From assembly GCA_964016885.1 (NCBI GenBank), contig OZ024743.1, positions 225,370,001 through 225,434,000 of the forward strand: a stretch of 64,000 bases of DNA, written 5' to 3'. Source of the DNA: Eledone cirrhosa (lineage: Eukaryota). The first letter of the stretch is position 1. Each line of letters opens with the position of its first letter. Below are positions 28,067-44,314 of this stretch, one piece after another. A program made the translations under genes and the position numbers. Under the pieces are notes generated by a model. That model saw only the letters and a list, made by a program, of their open reading frames with translations. It was not told the origin of the DNA and ran no database searches.

Positions 28067-28676
28067 ATGGTGGCTGCCAACTCGTTTTCGAGTACGGCCA
28101 CTACTTTATATCCATGTAGCAGTCCTCCTACCGATGCGCTGAACGAGTATGACTTTTTAGTCCAGCCAGCGACTTGAAAACTCTGGTAGAAAAACTACAC
28201 TTGTGACAATTATTGACACGTAGTGCTGGGCCCATGGTACCATGTGACGACAAGTGCAGAGAGATCTCCAGATATATAGCAATGCCTGTGCCGTGAAGCT
28301 TTTATAGTGAGCAAAGGCACTGCACAAAGCCAGTCCCACTCTCTTAACCAAGATGATATTTACCAAAAAGAAGAACAAGTCAACATCATTGGATACCATC
28401 AGGGTTGCAGGTGTTATATCAGAGTTTTCCTTCTCCTAGAATTCTGCCTTGACAAAGGCTAAGGGGTCATCTCTCCCGGTGATTTTGGATGGCCATTGAC
28501 TCTTAAGAGCTCCTTTGCCCTTTGACAGATTTTGTTTTTAGTCCTGCAGGATGTCCAAAGTCACCCTCCTCACCAAGAAACCTTGGTGGGGTTGCCAGTT
28601 TAGTCGCCAACGACCCGACCAAGGGAGAGTTTGTACTGGAATACATGTTACCAGTAGCATCAACTGGTGACCTGAC
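28067..28676 (-). mobile_element. SINE-like family C, longest copy
   Basis: Homology to the 16960 and 36824 copies, extending ~165 bp beyond the 16960 copy. Microsatellite on both flanks. Confidence 0.8.
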
Positions 28677-28694
28677 ATACACACATATATATAT

Positions 28695-28736
<42 letters not shown>

Positions 28737-28764
28737 TCACATATACCTACACATACACACACAC

Positions 28765-28795
<31 letters not shown>

Positions 28796-29034
28796 TATAT
28801 ACACACACACATATATATACACACACACACACACATATATATACACACACACACACACATATATATACACACACACACATATATATACACACACACACAC
28901 ACATATATATACACACACACATACATATACACACACACATACACACACACACACATATATACACACACACACACACATATATATACACACACACACACAC
29001 ATATATATACACACACACATATACACATATATAT

Positions 29035-29081
<47 letters not shown>

Positions 29082-29596
29082 TATATATATATATATACAC
29101 ACACATATACACACACATATATATACACACACACACACATATATATACACATACACATATATATATACACAAACACACATATATATATATATATACATAC
29201 ACACACATATATATATACACACACACACATATATATACACACACACATATATATATATATATACATATATATATACATATACACATATATATATATACAT
29301 ACATATACACATATATATACATACATACACACACATATATATATACATATACACATATATATATATATACATATACATATATATATACATATACACATAT
29401 ATATATATATACACATATATATACATATACACATACACATATATATACATATACACACATATATATATATATACATATACATATACATATACACATATAT
29501 ATATACACATATATATACATATAAATATATATATACAAATACATATACACATATATATATACACATATATATATACATATACATATACAAATACAC

Positions 29597-29641
<45 letters not shown>

Positions 29642-30194
29642 CACATATACACATATATATATACATATACATATACACATATACACATATATATATATAT
29701 ATATACATATACACATATATATATATATATACATATACACATATATATATATATACATATACACATATATATATATACATATACACATATACATATATAT
29801 ACATATACACATATATATACATATACACATATATATATATACATATACATATATATATACATATACATATATATATACATATACACACATATATATACAC
29901 ATATATATATATACATATACATATATATATACAAATACATATACACATATATATATACACATATATATATACATATACATATATATACACATATACACAT
30001 ATATATATATATATATACATATACACATATATATATATATACATATACACATATATATATATATACATATACACATATATATATATATACATATACACAT
30101 ATACATATATATACATATACACATATACATATATATGCATATACACATATATACATATACACATATATATATATACACATATATATATACATAT

Positions 30195-30237
<43 letters not shown>

Positions 30238-31640
30238 TATATATACATATACACACACACATATATATATACACACATATATATATATATATACACACAC
30301 ATATATATATATACATACACACACACACACACATATATATATATACATATACACATATATATATATACATATACATATATATATATATACATATACACAT
30401 ATATACATACATATACATATATATACATATACACATATATATATATACATATACATATATATATATATATATACATATACACATATATATATATACATAT
30501 ACACATATATATATATACATATACACATATATATATATACATTTACACATATACACATATACATATATACATTTACACATATACACATACATACATATAC
30601 ATACATATACACATATATATATATATATACATATACACATATATATATGCATATACACATATATATATATACATATACACATATATATATACACATATAT
30701 ATATACATATACACATATATAAATACATATACACATATATATATACATATACACATATATATATACATATACACATATATATATATACACATAAATATAT
30801 ATACACATATATATACATATACACATACACATATATATATACACATATATATATACATATACACATATATACACATATATATATACACATATATATATAC
30901 ACATATATATATACACATATATATATACACATATATATATACATATACACATATATATATACACATATACATATACATATACACATATATATACACATAT
31001 ATATATACACATATATATATACACATATATATATACACACATATATATACACATATATACATATACACATATACATATATATATATACATATACACATAT
31101 ACATATATATATATACACATATATATATATACACATATATATATACACATATATATATACACATATATATACATATACACATATACATATACACATATAT
31201 ATATACACATATATATATACATATACACATATACATATACACATATATATATACATATATACATATACACATATACATATATATACATATACACATATAC
31301 ATATACACATATATATACATATATACATATACACATATATATATATATATACATATACACATATACATATACACATATATATATACATATATACATATAC
31401 ACATACATATATATATATACATATATACATATACACATATATATATACATCTACACATATGCACATATATATATACATATACACATATATATATACATAT
31501 ACACATATATATATACATATACACATATACACATATATATATACATATACACATATATATATATACACATATATATATATACATATACACATATATATAC
31601 ATATACACATATATCACATATACACATATATATACATATA
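28677..31640. repeat. ~3-kb compound (TA/CA/TACA)n array
   Basis: Direct reading. Confidence 0.95.
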
Positions 31641-31641
31641 C

Positions 31642-32060
31642 TGATAAATTCATAGCTGATAAATTCCGACCTCACACGCTTACACCTCTCCAAGACAATG
31701 TCACTGGACCGAGACCTTTGGCGGTACTCAGTAATAGAGAAGACCCGCCTTACCTAAATACAAAGTAAAAACCTACTACAGTCAGTAGGCATCTCTATCA
31801 AAACACCCCCCGTCCCACCACCTCCACCCCATCCACACCGCCCCTTTCAATGTACAGTTATGTTGGTCCCACAACATCCAGGCCGAAACAAATGAGATCG
31901 TGTAGGTGTCACGACAAAAAAACACACAGTCCACGCTGTAAATGTGGCCGTGTAGGCAACACGGTAAAAACCTCCCAGCCCCACACTGTAAATGTGGTTG
32001 GTGTTAGGAAGGGCATCCAGCTGTAGAAAACCCGCCAGACAGTCCACGCTGTAATGTGCC
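31642..32060 (+). mobile_element. RTE 3' fragment
   Basis: [25 protein letters not shown] plus 3'UTR. Confidence 0.88.
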
Positions 32061-32106
32061 CATATTCCACGCTAGCATGGGTTAGACATATACACATATA
32101 CACATA

Positions 32107-32966
32107 TCATCACCATCATCATCATCTTCGTTTAACGTCCATTTTGCACGCTAGTATGGGTTAGACGGGAGTTGTCCCACTTGAGGCAACGTTGGTTGGG
32201 TGACCATGTCTCGCTCATATAGGACTATCTGGCAGGTTTTCTACGGCTGGATGCCCTTCCTAACACCAACCACATTTACAGTGTGGAACTGGGAACTTTT
32301 TACTGTGTTACCTTCACGGGCACATTACAGCGTGGACTATGTGTTTTTTCTCGTGACACCTACACGATCTCGATCTCATCTCACTTATCTGGACTGGATG
32401 TTGTGTTACCAACTTTATAGAGAGAGGGTGGTGTTGGTGGGAGTGGGAGGATAGGTAGGGATAGGTAGGATGGGGTGTATATTTGGTTAAGAGGTGCCTA
32501 CTGACTGTAGGTTTCGCTTTGTATATAGGCAAGGCGGGTCTTCTGTATTACTGCGTAGCGCCAAAGATCTCGGTCCAGTGACATTATCTTAGAGAGGTGC
32601 AAGTGTGTAAGGTTGGAATTTATTAGATCATCCCAGGTTTTTCTGGGTGTACCTACTCCGTAACTACCATCAATTTTCTCTATTTTTATCGCCCTGCACT
32701 TTTTTATACAGCTGTCATCTTTCATGCGCATCACGTGGCCATACCACCGTAGTCTTATCTCGAGTAAATAGCATCTGATCCCTCTTATTCGTAATTTCTC
32801 ACTTAGTTCATTTATACTTTGCCGTTCATGTATATTACTATTACACATCCAACGGAGCATGCATGCTTCATTCTTTTCCAGTCTACGCAGGTCCTCTGCA
32901 CGCAATGCCCATGTCTCACTGCCATGTAGCATTGCTGTTCGTATACAAGCATCATACAATCTGCCT
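32107..32966 (-). mobile_element. RTE 3' fragment
   Basis: ORF 32498-32959 and (GAT)n tail. Confidence 0.9.
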
Positions 32967-34079
32967 TAGAAAAACAAAACTAAAAATCAACATTTTTTCT
33001 TTCACATCTTAATACATTCATAGCGAGAATCTTGCATGTTTATTGTACATAAACTTATCTTATATGCCTTCATATACCCCCTATTTATGAAAGACATTAT
33101 GTTAGTGCTATTGATGATTAATCCTAGCCGGTCAAGTTTGTACTGTCTTTTATTTTGCACTTTATGTAAATGAACATCAGCAGCCAATGTTTCATGCGCA
33201 AAAAGCATATAAGCTTTTACTTGTCTCGGTATTGGGTGATTAAGTGTGGCCAATAACAGATAAAAATCTAGAAACACACGTCTGGCATTCTCACTGGCTA
33301 CTGAGATTGCTATGACATGATTACAACTTAAAAGTTTCGTAAAATATCTTATGTATTTACTTGTAGTTTCCTACCTTTATCTTAATAAACACATGCAAAT
33401 AAAATGATGTACTTTAAAATATATTATATAGATAATAATACTTACATGTTAAAACAGATCCAAAGTGGACCCTGTCATATATAGTGAGAACGTACAGTGG
33501 AAAATGACAGATTCAGGAGAACATTAATCTATTATCACAAACGTCAACATAATAAAGAATATCTATTTCATTACAGAATCAATTACCTATTAGCTATATT
33601 TTGTAAACTGGAGGTGATAAAATAACATTTATGTGTTGAAAACAATATAAACACTATAACAGGAAGTTATTTTATTTCTGGTGTTAACCTTTCAATATAA
33701 AGTTCAGAAAGTAAAATAAAAAGTTTACTGTTTGATTATTTCACCACAAGTTGAAAGTATATCCTCTCTCTAACCTAGATGAAACTGAGGATTTCTCTCT
33801 TTAAAGTAATTTATTCCATTTTGTATGTATTACTTACCGAATAACACCATCAATAGATCGTTCAGCTTCTAGTGTATTACCTTGACTTTAAATATATCAT
33901 GGAGGAAATCTTTTATTTCCTAGCTTACAGCCATTAAGCTATGGCCATGCTAGAGCACAATTTTCAGCAAATTTTAGTCGGTCATATTCATCCAAGTACT
34001 TTTTTTTAAAGTCGTGTACTTATTTTATCAAGCCCTATTCATATTTATATGTTGAAATTTGAAATGCAGTTGTCCCCCA

Positions 34080-34480
34080 TGTAAATGACTATGACAATAG
34101 TCATATTTTCCTGTGAGGGTCGTGGGGGAAGAGTCCTCAAACACTCCTTTCAGCAGGTCCTGTCAGAAGCAACCGTCTCCAACTGATCCAGCTGGATTCA
34201 CAAGTGTGACCAGCCAAGCTCATGGATTTTATCCAACCATCTTGCTACGGATCTACCCTTGGGTTTCTTGCCGGTTGGTTTTGCCCGTAAAATCTATCCA
34301 GTGATTCATTCCTGAGACATTTTAGCCACATGCTCATAGTATCGGTGCTGTGATCTCTCAATTCAGGGAAGTAGCGACTCTACTTGGAGTAACTCTGATA
34401 TCAGAGTTACGCACTTTATCGAGTAAAGTTACTCCAAAGACCCTTCGGGGGAATCCCATTTCAGCTGCTTGTATCTTAGT
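34080..34480 (-). mobile_element. Old RTE/Expander-like LINE 3' remnant
   Basis: Minus-strand KIQAAEMGF.RRV trace. Confidence 0.55.
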
Positions 34481-34519
34481 GGTAATAACAATAGTCAATC
34501 ATTATAAACAATATTAAAC

Positions 34520-34596
34520 AGAGGTCACTGCAAGTAATCGAATCCTGCATTTCTCAGATGTCAGGGTGATTGCATTAACCATTATGCAAAGAGCTC
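34520..34596 (-). pseudogene. Degenerate tRNA-like sequence (SINE head or pseudo-tRNA)
   Basis: TTGCATAATGGTTAATGC ... GGATTCGATTAC; resembles 10560-10625. Confidence 0.4.
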
Positions 34597-35547
34597 GCTG
34601 GACACTAATTGCTCTCTTTTAAATTTTAAGCCTGTAACCAGAAGTGCGAACCCCCAATTTAAAAAAACATTGGGAAAGGGAGGTGGGGTTAAAATCCATG
34701 TAATAATAAAAATGTTATTAGAAATGCCAACATATATTTTTTATAGATAAAGAAAAATGGTTAAAAAATCCAGTTTGCATTTATAATGAAATTTTCATCC
34801 TTGCAAACAAAACATTTTTAATTTTCTTAGTAATGCATATTTTGCAATGATACGTTTTCCATGAAGAAGATTACGATTACCATCACAATTTTTGCTTAAA
34901 TATATATATTTTTTTTTAAGAATTACATTATTGTATATATTTCCTTTTACTAATTCCTTTCATTACATCTTCACATTCATAATATCATTCAGAATTATGT
35001 CATAGATTTTCTACAATTATGAATTGCAAATATATAATGAAGAAAATAACCAGGATTAAATTACATTAAATAATTTAATTGATTTACGAATGTTTCAAAC
35101 AATACAACAGGAATATACATTTCTGGTGTATTGATTTCTTCAGAATCTGTTAAACATAAATAACAATTAATTTACCATCACATGTCCACATATTTCAAGT
35201 CCGAAAACGTATATGGTTGTGTAATCAACAGGACAACTTGTCTAACCCATGCTAGCATGAAAAAATAGACGTAAAACGGTGACGATGATATATATATATA
35301 TGGGTGTGTTTATGGGTGTTAAAAGTCTTAAATTGAGAAGGTATTCTCTGGCTGACTCATGTGTGATGGGTGGGCTGGATCTCAGGAAAAGCACCAAAGC
35401 AATGATGGTTCAGGATTTGATTTACATCAGGATAGCTGGCTCAGTTTCAGTATGCAGTGGTTTTGTGCCTACTTTTTCCTAGTGTCACGAGCTGGTTTGT
35501 TTTGCCTTGTTCTTTATTTGCTTAGCCAGTTCAGTAAAGGAGACGTT

Positions 35548-35650
35548 TGTATCATTGGATTCTGGCAGTATTTGAACTTTATGCTCTGAGTTAAAATCCC
35601 GCCGAGGTTAGCTTCGCCTTTCATCCTTAAGGGGTCGATAAAATAAAATA
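35548..35650 (+). mobile_element. SINE family A, partial
   Basis: CCCGCCGAGGTTAGCTTCGCCTTTCATCCTTAAGGGGTCGATAAAATAAA. Confidence 0.75.
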
Positions 35651-36034
35651 ATCAGTTTCATTCCAAATAGAAATTTACCGATCATTTATTATTTTACTCC
35701 AATTGTACATGATACCAGGTCATCCTCGATTGTCAGTGACAGCTATAGTTTTCTGTTGAGTGTACATAAATTGTAGAATGTGGGTACATGGGTTAAACAG
35801 GTTGTTTAGCAAGAAAAGTGGATGTTAAAATGATGATATTTCCTGAACACTAGATTAGGTACCACTGTCTACTTTTTTCCCATCTCCAGGGAATTTTGCT
35901 CAGTTATTATTATTGCCATTTGCATTGGGATGCATACATTTGAAATTTACCCAAGTCAACTGTTAAGTTTAAATATAAAGGTATTTCCTAAACATAAATC
36001 ATAGTTTGGTCTGATCAACATTTGTTGGTCTATT

Positions 36035-36072
36035 TATATATATATATATGTGTGTATATGTATGTATGTATA

Positions 36073-36145
<73 letters not shown>

Positions 36146-36180
36146 ATATGTATGTATATATATATATACATATATGTATG

Positions 36181-36255
<75 letters not shown>

Positions 36256-36470
36256 GTGTGTATATGTATGTATATTTATATATACATATATGTGTCTATG
36301 TATGTATATATATATATATACATATATGAGTATATGTATTTATATATATATATATACATATATGAGTATATGTATTTATATATATATATATACATATATG
36401 AGTATATGTATTTATATATATATATATATATGTGTATATGTATGTATATATATATATATATATATATGTG

Positions 36471-36528
<58 letters not shown>

Positions 36529-36533
36529 CATAT

Positions 36534-36580
<47 letters not shown>

Positions 36581-36585
36581 CATAT

Positions 36586-36636
<51 letters not shown>

Positions 36637-36641
36637 CATAT

Positions 36642-36686
<45 letters not shown>

Positions 36687-36823
36687 CACACTCATATATA
36701 TATATATACATATATATACATACATATACACACATATATATATTTATATATATATACATACATATACACACATATATACATATACATACATATACACACA
36801 TATATATATATATATATATATAC
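36035..36823. repeat. Compound microsatellite array with a strand-polarity switch
   Basis: TATG/TG-rich left half and TACA/CA-rich right half, switching at ~36480-36520. Confidence 0.9.
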
Positions 36824-37240
36824 ATGGTGGCTGCCAACTCGTTTTCGAGTACGGCCACTACTTTATATCCATGTAGGAGAACCCCTACCGATGCGCTGAA
36901 CGAGTGTGACTTTTTAGTCCAGCCAGCGACTTGAAAACTCTGGTACAAACACTACACCTGTGACAATTATTGACACATAGTGCTGGGCCCATAGTACCAT
37001 GTGACGACAAGTGCAGAGAGATCTCCAGATATAAAGCAATGCCTGTGCTGTGAAGCTTTTATAGTGAGCAAAGGCACTGCACAAAGCCAGTCCCACTCTC
37101 TTAACCAAGATGATATTTACCAAAAAGAAGAACAAGTCAACATCATTGGATACCATCAGGGTTGCAGGTGTTATATCAGAGTTTTCCTTCTCCTAGAATT
37201 CTGCCTTGACAAAGACTAAGGGGTCATCTCTCCCGGGAGA
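36824..37240 (-). mobile_element. SINE-like family C
   Basis: Near-identical to the 28067 copy. Confidence 0.8.
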
Positions 37241-37376
37241 TGTATATACGTACATATATACATACATATACACACATATATATATGTATATACATACATA
37301 TACACATACATATACACACATATATATATATATATACATACATATACACATATATATACGTACATATACACACATA

Positions 37377-37448
<72 letters not shown>

Positions 37449-37449
37449 C

Positions 37450-37645
37450 GTGTAGGCGCCACGAAAAAGCACCCAGCACTCACTGTAAATGAGGTTGGTG
37501 TTAGGAAGGGCATCCAGCAGTAGAAATCAAGCCAAATCAGTTCCTGTATGAGCAAGGCATGGTCAGCCGACCAGACACTGCCCACAACAGGACAACCCAT
37601 CTAACCCATGCTAGCGTGGAAGAACGGACGTAAAACGGTGATGAT
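37450..37645 (+). mobile_element. RTE/SINE-B type 3' tail fragment
   Basis: GTTAGGAAGGGCATCCAG ... GGACGTAAAACGGTGATGAT. Confidence 0.75.
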
Positions 37646-37723
37646 ATATATATACATACATATATATATATATACATATATATACATATATATACATACA
37701 TATATATACATATATATATATAC

Positions 37724-37756
<33 letters not shown>

Positions 37757-38836
37757 CATATATATACATACATATATATACATATATATACATATATATA
37801 TATATATATACATATACATACATATGATATACATACATATATATATACATACACACATATATATATATATACATACACACATATATATATATACATACAC
37901 ACATATATATATATATACATACACACATATATATATATACATACACACATATATATATATATACATACACACATATATATATATATACATACACACATAT
38001 ATATATATACATACACACATATATATATATACATACACATATATATATATATATACATACATATATATATATACATACATATATATATATATATATACAT
38101 ACATATATATATATATACATACATATATATATATATACATACATATACACATATATATATATATACATACATATACACATATATATATACATACATATAC
38201 ACATATATATATATATATATACATACATATACACATATATATATATATACATACATATACACATATATATATATACATACATATACACATATATATATAT
38301 ATACATACATATACACATATATATATATATACATACATATACACATATATATATATATATACATACATATACATATATATATATATATATATACATACAT
38401 ATATATATATATATATACATACATATACACATATATATATATATACATATATATACACACATATATATATATATACATACATATACACACATATATATAT
38501 ATATACATACATATACACACATATATATATATATACATACATATACACACATATATATATATACATACATATACACACACATATATATATATATACATAC
38601 ATATACACACACATATATATATATACATACATATACACACACATATATATATACATACATATACACATATATATATATATATACATACATATACACACAT
38701 ATATATACATATACATACATATACACATATATATGTATATATACATACATATACACATATATATATATAACATACATATACACATATATATATATATACA
38801 TACATATACACATATATATATATATATATATATATA
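37645..38836. repeat. Compound microsatellite array with TACATACATATACAC(AT)n unit
   Basis: Direct reading. Confidence 0.95.
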
Positions 38837-39561
38837 TTGGCAGTATCGGTAGAGGGTCGGACGCCATGCTTTCAAGCATAGTTACGTCCCTTTATGATCT
38901 GAGTTCAAATCCCGCCGAGGTTGACTTTGCCTTTCATCCTTACGGGGTCGATAAAATAAAGTACCAGTAATGCACTGGATAATTGCTATACCACTATTAG
39001 CCGCTAGAGGGTTCTCCCTAAAAATGAAAGGCAGGTTATACGATGCCTGCATACGAACAGCAATGCTGCATGGCAGTGAGACCTGGGCATTGTGTGCAGA
39101 GGATATACGCAGACTAGAGAGGAATGAAGCTTGCATGCTCCGCTGGATGTGCAATAGTAATATACGTGAACGGCAAAGCATAAACGAACTAAGGAAAAAA
39201 TTAGAAATAAGAGGGATCAGATGTTGTTTACTCGAGAGAAGGCTACGTTGGTATGGTCACGTGATGCGCATGAAAGACGACAGCTGTATAACAAAGTGCA
39301 GGGCAATAAAGATAGACGGTAGCCACGGAGTAGGCAGACCCAGAAAAACATGGGACAAGCTGATAAATTCCGACCTCACACGCTTACACCTCTCCAAGAC
39401 AATGTCACTGGACCGAGACCTTTGGCGGTACTCAGTAATAGAGAAGACCCGCCTTACCTAAATACAAAGAAAAAACCTACTACAGTCAGTAGGCATCTCT
39501 ATCAAAACATCACCCGTCCCACCACCTCCACTAAACCTGATGATGATGATGATGATGATGA
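38837..39561 (+). mobile_element. SINE-A 5' part joined to an RTE 3' fragment
   Basis: SINE 38837-~38987 runs directly into [18 protein letters not shown]...; ends in (GAT)n. Confidence 0.85.
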
Positions 39562-39877
39562 TACATACATATACACATATATATATATATATACATACAT
39601 ATACACATATATATATATATATACATACATATACACATATATATATATATACATACATATACACATATATATATATATACATACATATATATACATATAC
39701 ATATATATACATATATACATACATATACATATATATACATATATATATATATACATACATACATACATACATATACATATATATACATATATATATATAT
39801 ACATACATACATATACATATATATACATATATATATATACATATACATGGGAAATACATATATACATATACACATAT

Positions 39878-39922
<45 letters not shown>

Positions 39923-39952
39923 CATATACACATATATATTAACATACATATA

Positions 39953-39983
<31 letters not shown>

Positions 39984-40008
39984 ACATATACATACATATA
40001 CACATACA

Positions 40009-41192
40009 CGGGAAATGGCCATGCTCAGTGTGTAGGAAAGGAGTAGGCAGAAACTCCATTTTATGTCCCAAATGCAAAGTATGGGTGCATAAAAGATGTA
40101 GTGGGATCACAGGTAAGCTAACTAAGAATATAGATTGTATATGTGGCTGGTGCTCTGGTGCAATAAGTAGCAGCAAGTGCCCACAGAATACTAGCTCTTT
40201 CAATTGCGCAGAGGGTTCTATAGAAATAGTGGACAGCTTCCGTTACCTGGGTGACAAAATCAGCAGTGGGGGAGGGTGCTCTGAAAGTACAGTAGCTAGA
40301 GTCAGAACTGGATGGAAAAAGTTCAGAGAGCTTATACCACTATTAGCCGCTAAAGGGTTCTCTCTAAAAATGAAAGGCAGGTTGTATGATGCCTGCATAC
40401 GAACAGCAATGTTGCATGCCAGTGAGACCTGGGCATTGTGTGCAGAGGATATGCACAGACTAGAGAGGAATAAAGCTTGCGTGCTCCGCTGGATGTGTAA
40501 TAGTAATATACGTGAACGGCAAAGCATAAACGAACTAAGGGAAAAATTAGAAATAAGAGGGATCAGATGTTGTTTACTCGAGAGAAGGCTACGTTGGTAT
40601 GGTCACATGATGCGCATGAAAGACGACAGCTGTATAAAAAAGTGCAGGGCAATAAAGATAGACGGTAGCCACGGAGTAGGCAGACCCAGAAAAACCTGGG
40701 ACGACCTGATAAATTCCGACCTCACACACTTACACCTCTCCAAGACAATGTCACTGGACCGAGATCTTTGGCGGTACTCAGTAATAGAGAAGACCCACCT
40801 TGCCTAAATACAAAGTAAACCTACTACAGTCAGTAGGCATCTCTAACAAAATACGCCCCCGTCACACCACCCCCACCCCATCCACACCGCCCCTTTCAAT
40901 GTAAAGTTACGTTGGTGCCACAATATCCAGGCCGAAACAAATGAGATCGTGTAGGTGTCACGACAAAAAAACACACAGTCCACGCTGTAATGTGGCCGTG
41001 TACGCAACACGGTAAAATCCTCCCAGTCCCACACTGTAAATGTGGTTGGTGTTAGGAAGGGCATCCAGCTGTAGAAAACCCGCCAGACAGTCCTATGCGA
41101 GCAAGACAACTACTCTTGCCTTCTTGCCTCAAGTGGGAAAACTCACGTCCAAACCCATGCAAGTGTGGAACATAGACGTTAAACGATGATGA
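40009..41192 (+). mobile_element. RTE 3' fragment starting at the PHD-like finger
   Basis: GKWPCSVC...IEKTHLA stop, 3'UTR and tail. Confidence 0.92.
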
Positions 41193-41203
41193 TACATACA
41201 TAT

Positions 41204-41250
<47 letters not shown>

Positions 41251-41277
41251 TATACACATATATATACATATACATAT

Positions 41278-41322
<45 letters not shown>

Positions 41323-41598
41323 CATATACACATATATATATATATATATACATACATATACATACATATACACATATATATATATATATATACATACATA
41401 TACACATATATATATATATATATATACATACATATACACATATATATATATATATATATACATACATATACACATATATATATATATATATACATACATA
41501 TACACATATATATATATATATATATACATACATATACACATATATATATATATATACATACATATACACATATATATATATATATATACATACATATA

Positions 41599-41629
<31 letters not shown>

Positions 41630-41635
41630 ACATAT

Positions 41636-41674
<39 letters not shown>

Positions 41675-41679
41675 CATAT

Positions 41680-41710
<31 letters not shown>

Positions 41711-41895
41711 CATACATATACACATATATATATATATATATATACATACATATACACATATATATATATACATACATATACACATATATATATATATATA
41801 CATACATATACACATATATATATATATACATACATATACACACATATATATATATACATACATATACACATATATATATATATATACATACATAT

Positions 41896-41934
<39 letters not shown>

Positions 41935-42205
41935 CATATACACATATATATATATATATACATACATATACACACATATATATATATACATACATATACA
42001 CACATATATATATATATACATACATATACACATATATATATATATATATACATACATATACACACATATATATATATATACATACATATACACATATATA
42101 TATATATATATACATACATATACACACATATATATATATATACATACATATACACATATATATATATACATACATATACACATATATATATATATACATA
42201 CATAT

Positions 42206-42246
<41 letters not shown>

Positions 42247-42267
42247 CACACATATATATATATACAT

Positions 42268-42301
<34 letters not shown>

Positions 42302-42329
42302 ACATATACACACATATATATATATACAT

Positions 42330-42368
<39 letters not shown>

Positions 42369-42373
42369 CATAT

Positions 42374-42416
<43 letters not shown>

Positions 42417-42463
42417 CACACACACATATATATATACATATATATATATATATACATACATAT

Positions 42464-42502
<39 letters not shown>

Positions 42503-42603
42503 CACACACATATAAATATATATATACATACATATACATACACACACATATAAATATATATATACATACATATACACATATAAATATATATATACATACA
42601 TAT

Positions 42604-42642
<39 letters not shown>

Positions 42643-42762
42643 CATATAAACATATATATATATATACATACATATACACATATATATATATACATATACA
42701 CATATAAACATATATATATATATATATACATACATATACACATATATATATATATACATATA

Positions 42763-42793
<31 letters not shown>

Positions 42794-43039
42794 ACATATA
42801 CACATATATATATATATATACATACATATACACATATATATATATATATATATACATACATATACACATATATATATATATATATACATACATATACACA
42901 TATATATATATACATACATATACACATATATATATATATATATATACATACATATACACATATATATATATATATACATACATATACACATATATATATA
43001 TATATACATACATATACACATATATATATATACATACAT

Positions 43040-43070
<31 letters not shown>

Positions 43071-43133
43071 CATGCATACACACATATATATATATATACA
43101 TACATATACACATATATATATATATATACATAT

Positions 43134-43186
<53 letters not shown>

Positions 43187-43191
43187 CATAT

Positions 43192-43228
<37 letters not shown>

Positions 43229-43295
43229 CACATATATATATATACACATATATATATACATACATACACACACATATATATATATATATATATAC

Positions 43296-43328
<33 letters not shown>

Positions 43329-43413
43329 CATACATATACACACTTTATATATATATATATATATATACATACATATACACACTTTATATATATATATATA
43401 TATATACATACAT

Positions 43414-43447
<34 letters not shown>

Positions 43448-43524
43448 TATACATACATATACACACTTATATATATATATATATATACATACATATACAC
43501 ACATATATATATATACATATATAT

Positions 43525-43555
<31 letters not shown>

Positions 43556-43820
43556 CATACATACATATACACACATATATATATATACACATACATACAT
43601 ATACACACATATATATATATATACATACATATACACATATATAAATATACGTACATATACACATATATAATTAAACGTACATATACACATATATAAATAT
43701 ACGTACATATACACACATATATATATAAATATATACATATATATATACATATACACACATATATATATACATATACATCTACATATATGTATATATGTAT
43801 GTGTGTGTGTGTGTGTGTGG
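41192..43820. repeat. ~2.6-kb compound microsatellite array
   Basis: Direct reading. Confidence 0.95.
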
Positions 43821-44000
43821 TTGGATATGTGGTGAGCACATACCATCTATTAATTAAGGAAACATAAACATTGGCAAAATTATAAACATTATGTAAAACA
43901 TGTATGTTATGTATGAAGCAGTAGGATCTGAAGAGGACATCATTATCATCATGATTTCTAACATTGATGCAAAGCCAAAATCTTATTTTTTCAAGTGGGA

Positions 44001-44287
44001 GCTGGCTGTATCCAGCCATTCTTTCATTTCTTTCTGTTCAAACTGGCTGTAACTGGCCACACATAAGGTATTGTTCTCAAAATAAATAATATCAAAATCT
44101 CATAGATTCAATATTATATGAGATAGGTTGACTTTGCCTTTCATCCTTACGGGGTCGATAAAATAAAGTCCCAGTAATGCACTGGATAATTGCTGGCCTT
44201 GAGCCTAAAGTAGAAACAATTATATGAGATAAAGCCTTTACCGTGAAAATATAGTAGTAAATACAGAGTAATGTAAATGCTGAAGGG
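44001..44287 (-). mobile_element. piggyBac-type MITE (one end lost) with nested SINE A at 44126-44218
   Basis: Reverse complement of 44533-44740. Ends AAGGG|TTAA. SINE TSD ATTATATGAGATA. Confidence 0.75.
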
Positions 44288-44314
44288 TTAAATTGACTCC
44301 ATTACTTGACTGGT

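Noticed and set aside
35105-35152. Minus-strand CTGAAGA...GAAATGTATA hammerhead-like string
   Set aside because: Stem II does not pair; may be chance or a very decayed copy.
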